From a virus, in IMG/VR virus record IMGVR_UViG_3300030012_005163, positions 1 through 64,000 of that record: a DNA stretch of 64,000 nucleotides. One strand, written 5' to 3'. The notes beneath the pieces were generated by a model. The model ran no database searches, was not told the DNA's origin, and saw nothing but the letters and a program-made list of their open reading frames with translations. Shown here piece after piece: positions 9,303 through 19,500 of the stretch. The position numbers and the translations under genes are program-made. The number at the start of each line of letters is the position of its first letter. Positions within the stretch are counted from its first letter, which is position 1.

Positions 9303-9310
9303 ATATTTAT
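9303..9310 (+). promoter_or_regulatory. Candidate late promoter ATATTTAT
   Basis: 17 nt before ATG 9328, downstream of the MCP terminator. Confidence 0.6.
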
Positions 9311-9327
9311 TATTATATTAGCATACT

Positions 9328-10218
9328 ATGATTATTAAGAAAAAGCACGTATTATTAGAATCACTTTTAATTGACACTATTGATGAGTTTACACCACAAG
9401 AAAAAAAATTATTAACTGTTCTTCATCAAAAATTTGGTATGGGATCTGGTAAGATTGAAAAATCTTGGAACTTTGATAAGTGGGGTGCGGCAGCATTCTT
9501 AATAGAATATTTTGAAACTCCTTATGATATTGCACATGATTTAGCGTCTACCTATTATTGGAATGGTGAAAAATTGTTTAAGGAGTTCGAAAGTCTTAGG
9601 AAAAAAAATAATAGAAGTGATTTATTTATGAATCACGCATTTAGAGATATACTAGACGACTACATTGAATCAAAGAAAAATGAAGATAATAATTTTTATC
9701 TAACACAACCTGTAGAATATAACGTTAAAACTCAAAGTGAAAATGAAGTACTTCCCGGCATTATATATCAAAGTTTTCCACCAAGAAGTTATAAAGAATT
9801 GGAGGAGTCTAGAAAAGAAGCAAATGAAGTAAAATTATCTGTAAGACCTATGGTTTGGTCTACCTATAACGGTGTTATGTTATATATTCAACCTACTCAA
9901 GAAGATATTATAGAACCAAAGGATATAGAGACTACTAGTTGGGAGACGATGCGTAATATGGGTCTAACTGCATCAATACGATTAGATTATTATAAAGATG
10001 AAGATGAAAAATCTCAAAATTATCTTCGAGGTAAATGTGAATATAAATTCGGACATGAGTATAAAGATGAGGGTATAATATGGAGTGAGGACATAAAATT
10101 ACCTGAAGTTTTATCTAAGGAAAGTGTTTATGAATTTATAGATATGTTACTAGAAAAATTACGTTCTACAATTAATGGAATGACGTTTATTTACGGTAAA
10201 GGTGTAAAAGAGAATTAA
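9328..10218 (+). CDS. Hypothetical late protein (296 aa) with N-terminal basic...LLE-S motif
   Basis: ORF track; late motif 17 nt upstream; N-terminus MIIKKKHVLLES. Confidence 0.55.
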   Translation: MIIKKKHVLLESLLIDTIDEFTPQEKKLLTVLHQKFGMGSGKIEKSWNFDKWGAAAFLIEYFETPYDIAHDLASTYYWNGEKLFKEFESLRKKNNRSDLFMNHAFRDILDDYIESKKNEDNNFYLTQPVEYNVKTQSENEVLPGIIYQSFPPRSYKELEESRKEANEVKLSVRPMVWSTYNGVMLYIQPTQEDIIEPKDIETTSWETMRNMGLTASIRLDYYKDEDEKSQNYLRGKCEYKFGHEYKDEGIIWSEDIKLPEVLSKESVYEFIDMLLEKLRSTINGMTFIYGKGVKEN

Positions 10219-10233
10219 AATGACTTAAATCCT

Positions 10234-10259
10234 GTCTTATATGTATATACATATAAGAC
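10234..10259. repeat. Perfect 26-bp palindrome between convergent genes
   Basis: GTCTTATATGTATATACATATAAGAC equals its own reverse complement. Confidence 0.9.
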
Positions 10260-10288
10260 TGTTAAAAACCCCCTAAAATCGATTAAAA

Positions 10289-11770
10289 TTAGTGTAATTT
10301 GTCTACTTGATTGACAATATTAAAGTTCATTACGTTAGTGTATTGTTTAACTTCTTGATTTGAAGTTAATTTTATGTCAATATAGTATTCATTTGGTATC
10401 ATCCAAGACGTGTCTAGTAAGAAGTAATTTTTGAGATATGCCATATTAACATCTCTCCAGTCAATAACATTTACTTGTGCGTTTCCTTCAGTAACCCAAA
10501 CTCTATATTGTAAATTATCAATTACTTTACTTTCATTAATTGTATAAGGTAATCTTGCAGAAACTAATATTTTTCTCACATCACCTCTTTTAATTCTTTC
10601 ATCTCTTTTTACCCCACTTAATGACATTGCATAATCGACAGGTAAAGAATCGTTATTCCCTATTTGATAGTATTCCGTTTCTGGCTTAATTTCAAAGGAT
10701 AATTCTACATTTTCAATGTCTACACCACCAACTTTTAAATCACTCCACTCATCATAATATAATACCCCACTATCTACTGAGTTAGGGACAAATACTTCTG
10801 CGTAATAAATGCCCGTAGAAACTTGTACAGTTTGTGCGGATGTAATCGCAGAAAAAACACTACCTTCATTGTCGTAAATTGTTACACTAGGATTACTATC
10901 TAAGTTTGTTGGTTCACCTCCTACGTTACTATATAAATAAATTTTATTATATCTATTTTTATAGAAATTTTTTCTATCATCTTTTATAGGGTTGTTATAA
11001 TCAGTTTCTAAAAATGGTTGATAATATGTTTGAGTGTGTCTAGTAAAGAAACCGACATATTGTGCTGGTACAGTTATTATTTCTTCTAATGGTGGTACGA
11101 ATGCAACTCCGTAACCGTAATTAGTTGTACCACCAGTAATTAAACTATTTACTTCTTCAGTCATATCCATTTCGATATTTTCATTACCTTTATCAAAATG
11201 TTGTGTTGCAACTGTGATTCCCGTTACTGAAGGTGTTACTGTAGTATATCCAGTTAAACCTTCACAAGTAGAACCAGTATCACCATTAAAAGAACAATAC
11301 GTTTCTGCGGAATATACACCTTCATCCACCCAAGGTGTTAATGTATCAGATTGAAACCAATTACTAGCACTTTGTACAAAAGTAATATCGTTATCATCTT
11401 CTAATTTTATAAATCTTTGATAATCATAACCAGTCCCCTCATCCCAATCTTGATTTACTCTAAATAACATCAAATCAAAGGAAGATGTTCTTTGTTTTTC
11501 ATCTAATGCTTTTTGTGCTTGTAAATTTCTATCAAAAAAAGAACTATTACACATTCTAAGAGTGTGAGTAACTTTAGATAAATCACCTAACTCACCATTA
11601 TTATATCTATTTTGTAAATCTTCTATATCAAAATATAATAAATGTCTAGTAAAATCTGTTTCACTAGTTTTACCACCATAATACAATTCCGCAATAGGAT
11701 TTCTACCCGTATTTACGTCGCTATTTTTAATTATAGTATTATTTTTATCTATGTAAGTTCTTATTACCAT
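10289..11770 (-). CDS. Putative virion structural (baseplate-associated) protein, possible DNRLRE/CBM-like N-terminal domain
   Basis: Downstream of the gp5-like gene with a late motif upstream. RHLLYFD...LFRVNQDWDEG resembles DNRLRE-type domains; the C-terminus is beta-rich. Confidence 0.5.
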   Translation of the reverse strand: MVIRTYIDKNNTIIKNSDVNTGRNPIAELYYGGKTSETDFTRHLLYFDIEDLQNRYNNGELGDLSKVTHTLRMCNSSFFDRNLQAQKALDEKQRTSSFDLMLFRVNQDWDEGTGYDYQRFIKLEDDNDITFVQSASNWFQSDTLTPWVDEGVYSAETYCSFNGDTGSTCEGLTGYTTVTPSVTGITVATQHFDKGNENIEMDMTEEVNSLITGGTTNYGYGVAFVPPLEEIITVPAQYVGFFTRHTQTYYQPFLETDYNNPIKDDRKNFYKNRYNKIYLYSNVGGEPTNLDSNPSVTIYDNEGSVFSAITSAQTVQVSTGIYYAEVFVPNSVDSGVLYYDEWSDLKVGGVDIENVELSFEIKPETEYYQIGNNDSLPVDYAMSLSGVKRDERIKRGDVRKILVSARLPYTINESKVIDNLQYRVWVTEGNAQVNVIDWRDVNMAYLKNYFLLDTSWMIPNEYYIDIKLTSNQEVKQYTNVMNFNIVNQVDKLH

Positions 11771-11782
11771 ATCTTTTTATAT

Positions 11783-11790
11783 ATAAATAT
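11783..11790 (-). promoter_or_regulatory. Candidate late promoter ATATTTAT
   Basis: 12 nt before the minus-strand ATG at 11770. Confidence 0.55.
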
Positions 11791-11791
11791 C

Positions 11792-13114
11792 TTAATTACT
11801 GTTAATGTTTTTATTTAATATACTATCTAAATCAAAATTTAACACATTTATTTTATTTGGTAATTCTGTTGCGGGCATTCCGTGATAATTGTGAGTATGT
11901 CCAGCCACATAAGATTTAACTAATTCTAAAAATTCTACTAATATATCACCATATACTAAAGGATGTGCTTCATTATTTATTTTCTTTTGTTCTTCAGTAG
12001 AAATTAATTCTTCAGGATTTGTTAAATTGAAGGTATGTGGTCCATCGTGACTAATTAAATTAATTTTATTACCTACCATATTAATAACACTCCCACTTCT
12101 CTCCGTATTGGCTTCCATTTTTACTACTTTAATGGTTTTTTTAACTTCTTTTTTATTACCTTTAAAAAATGCCACTCTACTGGTTACTGCCTCTTCCCCA
12201 CCATATTCTTTTAATATTTCATCTGAGTTGGATTTTAATTTCCATTTTCCCACCACAAATGGTTTAATCGCAGTATTTGCGGCAATAATTGCACTTTCTC
12301 TTGTTGAAAAACCGGGGTTTAAAAAGTTTTGTTCAAAAAGAGTAGAATTGTTTTTTATTTGTGTAACTTTTATTCTCACCACATTTTTAGTACTTTGAGA
12401 ATATTCATTAGGGGTTAAATTGCCGGCTAACACTTCATTATCAACATTTAATGTATCTATTTGAACATTTATTAAGGTTTCTGCTTTATCATAAACATAA
12501 TTAGTTATTACTTTATCCTCTAAAGTTCTTACTAATTCATTACCACCGTATTTTACTTGAATATATCCTAAATCTCTATCATTAAATTGATTTTTTTCTT
12601 CAGTGTCTATATATTTACCTGCACGTATCCATATTTGTCCCTCTTTCAATATAACATCTGTGTTACCTCTTCCTTGTAAAGCGATGTCTTCCGTATTTGG
12701 GTAAACACCTTCGGTATTACTTAAAGTTATATCAGGTAATTTAAATTTACCGCCTGTCATTACTGATCTAGCGTCGACTATTGGATCATAATTTAATTTA
12801 TTAGATTGAGAAATTAATGGACCCATCCAAAATCTCTGGCTGGAAAATTCAGTGTATTTTACACCTTTTTTATGTTCATATTGAAATACTAAAACTAATT
12901 CACCAATTTTAGGCATTACATTTAAAAATCTAGGTGTAAGTGGTACACAATAAGGTAATGATTGAACTGTCACATCTGATTTGTCTATACCATCTATTTT
13001 AACTCTTATTCTACCTGTTTTTTTAGGGTCATCAACATCCATAACTTCACCTACTCTAATTAATGGTATAGTTCTCCTGTTTAACTTATCATATGTTGCA
13101 TTTGCATTTGCCAT
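11792..13114 (-). CDS. Baseplate hub/central spike protein (gp5/VgrG OB-fold)
   Basis: N-terminal GEVMDVDDPKKTGRIRVKI...PKIGELVLV OB-fold signature; C-terminal HTHNYH spike-tip metal motif; no lysozyme domain recognised. Confidence 0.75.
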   Translation of the reverse strand: MANANATYDKLNRRTIPLIRVGEVMDVDDPKKTGRIRVKIDGIDKSDVTVQSLPYCVPLTPRFLNVMPKIGELVLVFQYEHKKGVKYTEFSSQRFWMGPLISQSNKLNYDPIVDARSVMTGGKFKLPDITLSNTEGVYPNTEDIALQGRGNTDVILKEGQIWIRAGKYIDTEEKNQFNDRDLGYIQVKYGGNELVRTLEDKVITNYVYDKAETLINVQIDTLNVDNEVLAGNLTPNEYSQSTKNVVRIKVTQIKNNSTLFEQNFLNPGFSTRESAIIAANTAIKPFVVGKWKLKSNSDEILKEYGGEEAVTSRVAFFKGNKKEVKKTIKVVKMEANTERSGSVINMVGNKINLISHDGPHTFNLTNPEELISTEEQKKINNEAHPLVYGDILVEFLELVKSYVAGHTHNYHGMPATELPNKINVLNFDLDSILNKNINSN

Positions 13115-13311
13115 TAATCAATTCCTTTTTGTCTATTTTCTAATATAGTACTACCTAATAAATATTCTTTTTCTAAATCGTCTATTTTATCTAATAATTT
13201 AGTTATCTGTACTTTAAGAGATGAGTGATATTCTTTTATACTTTCTAATTCATGTTTAATATTAGTATTAGACATATCATTCCATTTTATTATTTCTTTT
13301 TGTTTTTCCAT
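13114..13311 (-). CDS. Small coiled-coil hypothetical protein
   Basis: 65-aa ORF tightly packed in the operon, abutting both neighbours. Confidence 0.5.
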   Translation of the reverse strand: MEKQKEIIKWNDMSNTNIKHELESIKEYHSSLKVQITKLLDKIDDLEKEYLLGSTILENRQKGID

Positions 13312-13312
13312 T

Positions 13313-13708
13313 TTATCTAATTATTCCTGAACCTTTTACTTGACCAATAATAGGTATATCATTAATACCAAAACCTATAGGTGTGGGTGGTGTACCTGGT
13401 GTATATACAGTTACATTTATTGCATTTTCAGGTATTACTATTTCTACTTTTGCGTCAGTTAGTAATGCTTCTACTATTGCATTTATTCTCTCTTTTTCCA
13501 TCGCTAAATCTTGTTCAGAAGGTACTGCAGGTACACCTGCTTTTGTTTTATTAGACACTAATCTTGCCCATATTCCTTCAGCACTTAATCCAGGTCTTGT
13601 TGGCATACCCAACCCAATTTGTATTTTACTTATAGGTGGTAAAGGTGTAGGTGGATTTATAATCGACCTTAAAAATTTTGATATTGTATCTAATGAAGTT
13701 ATACTCAT
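13313..13708 (-). CDS. Hypothetical baseplate-region protein (131 aa)
   Basis: Operon packing with 1-2 nt gaps to neighbours. Confidence 0.5.
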   Translation of the reverse strand: MSITSLDTISKFLRSIINPPTPLPPISKIQIGLGMPTRPGLSAEGIWARLVSNKTKAGVPAVPSEQDLAMEKERINAIVEALLTDAKVEIVIPENAINVTVYTPGTPPTPIGFGINDIPIIGQVKGSGIIR

Positions 13709-13710
13709 AA

Positions 13711-15381
13711 TTAACAGAATTTACCTAATCCTTCACCCTCTAATCCTAAAGATGCCTTAACAGGTCCTAAATTTAAATTATTGGTAAAGTTAGTTATATC
13801 ATTATACTTATCTTTAACACCTTTTAGTGCATTGATAATTTTTTGTCGTGTATCAGGAGGTAAATTAGAAAATCCAGGAATTAACGATTGTATAGACAAT
13901 TGATAATTTGCCCATTTTTCTTTTAATATTTTACCTAACACACACAATAATAAAGGTTTTAAATTTCTTAATATCCATGGTATTATTAATTCATATAATA
14001 ATTTTTTTAATAATTCACCAATTATATTTCTCCATATGCAACTAGTTGCTTTATAATATTGTTTTAAACCACCCTTAATTTCACCATTCACTAAATACTC
14101 CATAAGTTGATTTAAATATTTATTTTTTGGTGAATTAGTTAGTTTAAATAATTCAGTAGTTATATTTGCTAACAATCTTAAAAAGAATTCAAAACCTGCT
14201 TTTTGTTGATCTATTGGATCTACATTATTACCGGTTTGTCGTACTATACTATCCATAGCACTTTTTATTAATTCTACTTTTTTACCATTATCTGTTGCAC
14301 CAGATAATTGGTTACCTAAATCAATCAAAGTTTCTGGTGAAACTGAAGCAGTTTTTTTATTACAACAATCAGTAAAAACCATTTGTCCTTTTTTCTTATC
14401 TTCTACTGCTTTTTTAATGTTAACAACTTGTTTGGGTGTAAACTCAAAAAATGAATCATCTACAATGACTTCTTTATCATCTATACCGAATTCTATTAAT
14501 TGATTAATATATGCGTCTGCCTCTGCTTCTTTTTCAACACATAAATCACTTATACCTTTTTTATCTCTTAAATTCTTAGTGAGGGTCCCAAACACACTGT
14601 CGATAGAATTTGGAAATAACGTTTCAATATCAAATAAAGGTAAAATACTGTCAATGTATTCTGTAGAAAAATCAGTTAAAGTTTTATTATGATAGTAATC
14701 ATCAATTTTCATATTAATGACATTACTTTCTGCTTTAGTAGTTTGAGGACTGTTAGCTAATCCTGCAGTAAAGGCAGTTGATTCGTTTTCTAAAAAAGTA
14801 AAATGTGCAATTGTTCTACCATTTTTTGGGTTTTTCCACGGAATAGTAGCAGGTGCTTGTTGTATTACATTCCATAAAAATGAATTAAAACCATAATCAT
14901 ATTTTAATTTCCCTATTTCACTATTAGGATTTATTTTAAGTAAACATCTTTCATCAATATCTTCTACTTTTACATTAAAACCAATTCCTTCTTGTCCTGT
15001 AGTAGGATTAGTAAGAAATAACCATTCACCTATTGTAGGTTGTACCTTACATGTATAACATGAACGAATACCCATTTTAAATAAATTTGCTAATCTTATT
15101 TGAAGAGGTTTTATGACTGAAACCAACCAATTTAAAATTCTTGCCCTTAATTCATCTATTTTTAAATCACCCAACACCGCTAATATATCTTTAAGAAAGA
15201 AAAATATTGCAAAATTAATATTAAGAGAAGGTAAAGATGCATCTATAGTAAATGATGGTGCACCATTACATTGAGCCTTTAACTTTTTAATTTCGTCCAT
15301 TATTTTTTGTTTAATGGCTAATTGCTCTTTTATAGTTTCAATTTTACTACAAATTTTATTTAATTTATTAGGATCCTCCAT
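13711..15381 (-). CDS. Hypothetical structural protein (556 aa)
   Basis: Long ORF in the late operon with the gp5-like gene. Confidence 0.5.
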   Translation of the reverse strand: MEDPNKLNKICSKIETIKEQLAIKQKIMDEIKKLKAQCNGAPSFTIDASLPSLNINFAIFFFLKDILAVLGDLKIDELRARILNWLVSVIKPLQIRLANLFKMGIRSCYTCKVQPTIGEWLFLTNPTTGQEGIGFNVKVEDIDERCLLKINPNSEIGKLKYDYGFNSFLWNVIQQAPATIPWKNPKNGRTIAHFTFLENESTAFTAGLANSPQTTKAESNVINMKIDDYYHNKTLTDFSTEYIDSILPLFDIETLFPNSIDSVFGTLTKNLRDKKGISDLCVEKEAEADAYINQLIEFGIDDKEVIVDDSFFEFTPKQVVNIKKAVEDKKKGQMVFTDCCNKKTASVSPETLIDLGNQLSGATDNGKKVELIKSAMDSIVRQTGNNVDPIDQQKAGFEFFLRLLANITTELFKLTNSPKNKYLNQLMEYLVNGEIKGGLKQYYKATSCIWRNIIGELLKKLLYELIIPWILRNLKPLLLCVLGKILKEKWANYQLSIQSLIPGFSNLPPDTRQKIINALKGVKDKYNDITNFTNNLNLGPVKASLGLEGEGLGKFC

Positions 15382-15387
15382 TTATAT

Positions 15388-15771
15388 TTAGTCTAATTCG
15401 TAATCAGTGTTATTTTTTTCTTTTTTCTCATTAAATAAGTCTCTTAACAAATTTTTATCCTCATCACTTAATGAATTATCACTAGTTTCACTGTTAGTTT
15501 CTTTTTTATCAGTTTCTACTATTTGACTTTGTAATTTTGCTAAAGCTAATTTTCTATCAATAGTCGCCTCAATGATTTTCAAAGTATCATTATTTACTTT
15601 ACCTATCATAGATTCATCATTTATGTCTTCAATTTCAGCTCTATTTTTTCTCTCATTTAATTCTTTTCGAGCACTATTCATTACATTCACACAATCATTA
15701 TAAATTTCTTGCATAAACTCTTGGAGACTTCCCTTATCTAAATTTATTTTAGTTTTTTTTGGTCTTCCCAT
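15388..15771 (-). CDS. Hypothetical protein (127 aa), first gene of a late operon
   Basis: ORF track; late-motif variant 15 nt upstream. Confidence 0.5.
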   Translation of the reverse strand: MGRPKKTKINLDKGSLQEFMQEIYNDCVNVMNSARKELNERKNRAEIEDINDESMIGKVNNDTLKIIEATIDRKLALAKLQSQIVETDKKETNSETSDNSLSDEDKNLLRDLFNEKKEKNNTDYELD

Positions 15772-15786
15772 AAGATTTGTTTTTAT

Positions 15787-15794
15787 ATAAATAC
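15787..15794 (-). promoter_or_regulatory. Candidate late promoter variant GTATTTAT (baseplate operon)
   Basis: 15 nt before the minus-strand ATG at 15771. Confidence 0.5.
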
Positions 15795-15807
15795 TGGAAA
15801 ACTAAAA

Positions 15808-16545
15808 TTATAATAAACCTTTATCTATTTTAAACCCCTTTAAAGCCGAATAAATCTTTTTGTATCTCCTCATTGCCACTCTTATGTCTTTAGTGGTTAA
15901 TCCAGACAATTCTCTAATATATGCAAGAATCAAATTTTTATTATATTTATTCCCACTTTCAACTTGTTCAAATATAGTTTCCCAATTATCTAATACTTGC
16001 ATTAAAGCATTACCTACTGCTAATTCATTTTCACTTAATTTACCGTGTTCTATTTCTGCTTTAATATTTGCAGAAATTTCTTTAATAAATTCATCTAATG
16101 GCGTTTTATCACCTTCTTCGATTGTGTATTGATAATCATCCATTTCTTCAACGGATTTATAAACATCATCATATGCTAAATCTGTTTTCATTCTTTTATC
16201 AGATTTAAGTAATTGTCCTAATAAATAATTTTTACAAATAGTTCCAAAATATGAATAAGCTTTTTTTCCTTGTTCAGGTTCAAACTTATTCATTTTCATT
16301 GCTAAAAATGATAGTGTATCTGCATGTAGATCTTCAAACTCCATATCTTTTCTATAGAGTTTATAACGTCTAATGATTGATTCTATCATCTTATTAAGTG
16401 GAGCACGTAAACTTTTATTGTAAATTTTATTACGTTGGTGTTCATCCTCACAAGTCAAAAATTCCACAACTGCTTTTTCCTCTTCAGGTCCGAAATATAA
16501 ATTAGTGGTTCTTTTCCTACCTCTTTTTTTAATTTCTTCAGACAT
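15808..16545 (-). CDS. Phage RNA polymerase sigma factor (T4 gp55-like late sigma)
   Basis: Sigma region 2-like segment FEDLHADTLSFLAMKMNKFEPEQGKKAYSYFGTICKNYLL; helical C-terminus. Confidence 0.72.
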   Translation of the reverse strand: MSEEIKKRGRKRTTNLYFGPEEEKAVVEFLTCEDEHQRNKIYNKSLRAPLNKMIESIIRRYKLYRKDMEFEDLHADTLSFLAMKMNKFEPEQGKKAYSYFGTICKNYLLGQLLKSDKRMKTDLAYDDVYKSVEEMDDYQYTIEEGDKTPLDEFIKEISANIKAEIEHGKLSENELAVGNALMQVLDNWETIFEQVESGNKYNKNLILAYIRELSGLTTKDIRVAMRRYKKIYSALKGFKIDKGLL

Positions 16546-17343
16546 TTAAGTGGTTTCTACATCGTATGTTATTTCTCTATCTTCAGTGAAAAAATATTCT
16601 TTTTTAGCTTTATTTACCCAAAATTTACTTTCAAGTACGTTAACAGTGTTTTTATATTCATCAAATAATGATCCAGCACGATTATTAATATGTTTATATC
16701 CTAACTTAGGAATCACCATAATTTGGACATCTAAGTAACTTAATCTCAATAAAAATTCATAGGTAAAAGTTAACTTCATATGTTTCTTTAATCCACCATG
16801 TTCTTGAAATATTTCTTTATTTACTACCATCCCATCGAAATTGAAATTCTGTATTTTTTGTAAAGTTTCATTATCTAATAATCCCATATTTTCGGAAACA
16901 TTTTGTACCCATACATTTTCATTTGTAAAAGATATAAACTCACCTTTTTCATTACATTCAAATACTATTGGTAAAAATACTCCAACTTCAGGATATGATT
17001 CTCTATATTTTACAACATTATCAAACCATATTGGTGATAATACATCATCATACTCTAGAAAAGAAAAATAGTTACTAGTAGATTGTTCTACACCATAATT
17101 TATTTGTGATTGAAAATCATAATTACCTGTTTCATTTTCAATAACTTTTGTAATTTTTTTAATTTTACCATAATCAAAAGAATCTAAAAATTTAATTAAC
17201 TTTTTATCGTTTGAACGTACAATTAAAACTTCATCTGGTAAAATCTTTTGTTCAATTATACTATTGATTGCTTTTTCAAAATATTCACTAACACTATCAT
17301 CTAATTTATGTATAGGAATAATTAAACTAATATCTGTTTTCAT
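16546..17343 (-). CDS. Glycosyltransferase family 2 (GT-A)
   Basis: ISLIIPIH, AINSIIEQ, QINYGV, FSFLEYDD (DxD-like) and YEFLLRL are GT2 hallmarks. Confidence 0.8.
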   Translation of the reverse strand: MKTDISLIIPIHKLDDSVSEYFEKAINSIIEQKILPDEVLIVRSNDKKLIKFLDSFDYGKIKKITKVIENETGNYDFQSQINYGVEQSTSNYFSFLEYDDVLSPIWFDNVVKYRESYPEVGVFLPIVFECNEKGEFISFTNENVWVQNVSENMGLLDNETLQKIQNFNFDGMVVNKEIFQEHGGLKKHMKLTFTYEFLLRLSYLDVQIMVIPKLGYKHINNRAGSLFDEYKNTVNVLESKFWVNKAKKEYFFTEDREITYDVETT

Positions 17344-17353
17344 AACTATTTTT

Positions 17354-18484
17354 TTATTTTGTTGTAATTTCTTCTTTTTTATTATTTTTAGTCTCTTTAG
17401 CGTCTACCACCCCTAATTCAGTTAATCTTCTACTAAAAATTCTATTATATACTTCTTTAATTTGTTGTTTACTTTCTTTTTCTGTATATTTGTTTTCGTA
17501 CTCTTTCATTGTATTTAATACATTTTCAGGTAATGCATCTTCTAAATATAAACCAACCATAGTTGCTATCATATCAGGAATTGCATTTAAGTTAGTTACC
17601 CACACACCATTATCAATTAATTTAAGTGCACCATTTTCATCACTTTCCCCCATCCATTCTGGTATCATTCTCGGTATTTTACCAATAACTGGTGTTTCAC
17701 TTTTCATTGATTCTAAGGGAAAAGTACCAAAACTAGATAATTCATCTACCCAAACACTTAAAAATGATTCGGATAAACTTTTGGCAAACTCTTTTCTAGG
17801 TAATCCTGACATATCTCTAAAAGTAATGAAACGATAGTGAGGGTATTTTTGAAAAAATACTTTTACAATTTTTAAAATTTCTCTTTTGTCTCTAGCCGAT
17901 ATAGACACTGTAGGTATTTTTGGTTTTTCACTATTTTTAAAGTAATCTGGTATACCAATAGGTATAACTTCTGTCACTAAATTTCTAAAGATAGATTCTA
18001 CATATTTCTTTAAATTTTCATTTGTCGTAATAACCTCATTAATACCAAACGCATTCCAATTTTCACCAATCTCTAACATTTCAAAAATATATTCATATGA
18101 TTGTAAGAATACTATTCTTTTACAAGGAAAATTAACAGTTTGTTTCATTATACTTGCAAATGCTTCCGGAATTATCACAAAATCTTGTGGTCCTACTTGT
18201 AAAGTTTGAGATTCTATAGAAACGTGAGGTAGTTCAGCATATTCTTCACCTAACCATTCTGCGATTCCCATACCTTCTTCATTTCCTCTTAATCTATAAT
18301 CGTTTTTATCATGTAAAATTTGAGCATTAAACCCAAACTCCCTTAATGTTTTAACATGTTCATAAATTGTTGCCACACCTGCGGTGGGATTCCCTTTAGT
18401 ATCTAAAGTAAAAAAATAGATACCAAAATCTTTGTTTACTATTTTTTGAATAGTGTCTTTTACTGTGCTTTGATTGTCACTCAT
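17354..18484 (-). CDS. Glycosyltransferase, GT-B fold (GT4-like)
   Basis: AGVATIYEHV N-terminal loop; VIIPE; SSFGTFPLESMKSETPVIG resembles the GT4 E-x7-E motif region. Confidence 0.7.
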   Translation of the reverse strand: MSDNQSTVKDTIQKIVNKDFGIYFFTLDTKGNPTAGVATIYEHVKTLREFGFNAQILHDKNDYRLRGNEEGMGIAEWLGEEYAELPHVSIESQTLQVGPQDFVIIPEAFASIMKQTVNFPCKRIVFLQSYEYIFEMLEIGENWNAFGINEVITTNENLKKYVESIFRNLVTEVIPIGIPDYFKNSEKPKIPTVSISARDKREILKIVKVFFQKYPHYRFITFRDMSGLPRKEFAKSLSESFLSVWVDELSSFGTFPLESMKSETPVIGKIPRMIPEWMGESDENGALKLIDNGVWVTNLNAIPDMIATMVGLYLEDALPENVLNTMKEYENKYTEKESKQQIKEVYNRIFSRRLTELGVVDAKETKNNKKEEITTK

Positions 18485-18506
18485 TTTTTTTGTTTTTTTT
18501 TTATTG

Positions 18507-18821
18507 TTATAATTCTTTTAGTATACCCTTCATTAATAAGGTATTAAATGATAATTTAAATGGTATTGGTAATTGGTTTAGACCTACCATACCTAATTTA
18601 TCGTCTACTACATCGTTGTAACTCAATACTGCTCCAATTAAATCTCTATACATTTCATATTTGGTGACATCTATTTTTAGTGACGATAATGAGTCTTCTT
18701 CGTTATTTTCGTTTGGTACTTCTTCACATTTAGTTTCAACACCGTATTGTACTTGTTCTGCTAATTTATCGATATCGAAATAAAATTCTTTACCCCCCAC
18801 ATTTAATAAAATATCATCCAT
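18507..18821 (-). CDS. Hypothetical acidic protein (104 aa)
   Basis: ORF track, co-oriented in the cluster. Confidence 0.5.
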   Translation of the reverse strand: MDDILLNVGGKEFYFDIDKLAEQVQYGVETKCEEVPNENNEEDSLSSLKIDVTKYEMYRDLIGAVLSYNDVVDDKLGMVGLNQLPIPFKLSFNTLLMKGILKEL

Positions 18822-18876
18822 CTTAATCTTTTTTTTTAATGTAAATTATTATTCGAATAAGTAAACCTTAAATTAC

Positions 18877-19500
18877 TTATATATCTTCATATTCAATTGT
18901 TTCAGTACTTAAAATTTTTTCTAACATACTTTTATCTTCTAATAGTTCTTTTAAATCTACTACAGTATAATCAGAATTATTATTTTTATTATATGTGTTG
19001 ATAACCTTTACTGATACTTTATTATTTGGTTTAGTATCTAAAGTTTCAGGAGATGCAGTAATTAATACATCTACATGTTCCCACTTATTTACATAATCTC
19101 TTACAAACTTAATATTATTAACTTTAGAAGATAGTTTAGATAAGAAAAATAAAGTTGCTGGTTTACTATTGTTTAATTCTTTACTAATAATAATGGGGGT
19201 ATGCCCCATATCTTCTATCATATTATGTAATTGGTTTAAATGTTCAACGGAATTTAATTTTACTTCACCCGCATGACCAAATATTTCTAATGAAGCGTCT
19301 ACATACATAAATTTATTTAATTGTTGAGTACCCCCACTAAATTCGAAATATTTTAATAAATCTAAATCTTTAATATCTCTTTCAATTATTTTATTTTCAC
19401 CTGTTTCTTCATCAATAATTGGGTAATATTTATCATAAACTAATTCAAATTTTGTTATAAAATCTCTTATAACACCATCTATCGTAATTCCTATTTTCAT
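18877..19500 (-). CDS. HAD-superfamily 5'(3')-nucleotidase-like protein with altered motif I
   Basis: N-terminus MKIGITIDGVIRDF versus canonical IxIDxDGVLxD; later DVLITASP and KVINTYNK elements fit the NT5C-like fold. Confidence 0.55.
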   Translation of the reverse strand: MKIGITIDGVIRDFITKFELVYDKYYPIIDEETGENKIIERDIKDLDLLKYFEFSGGTQQLNKFMYVDASLEIFGHAGEVKLNSVEHLNQLHNMIEDMGHTPIIISKELNNSKPATLFFLSKLSSKVNNIKFVRDYVNKWEHVDVLITASPETLDTKPNNKVSVKVINTYNKNNNSDYTVVDLKELLEDKSMLEKILSTETIEYEDI

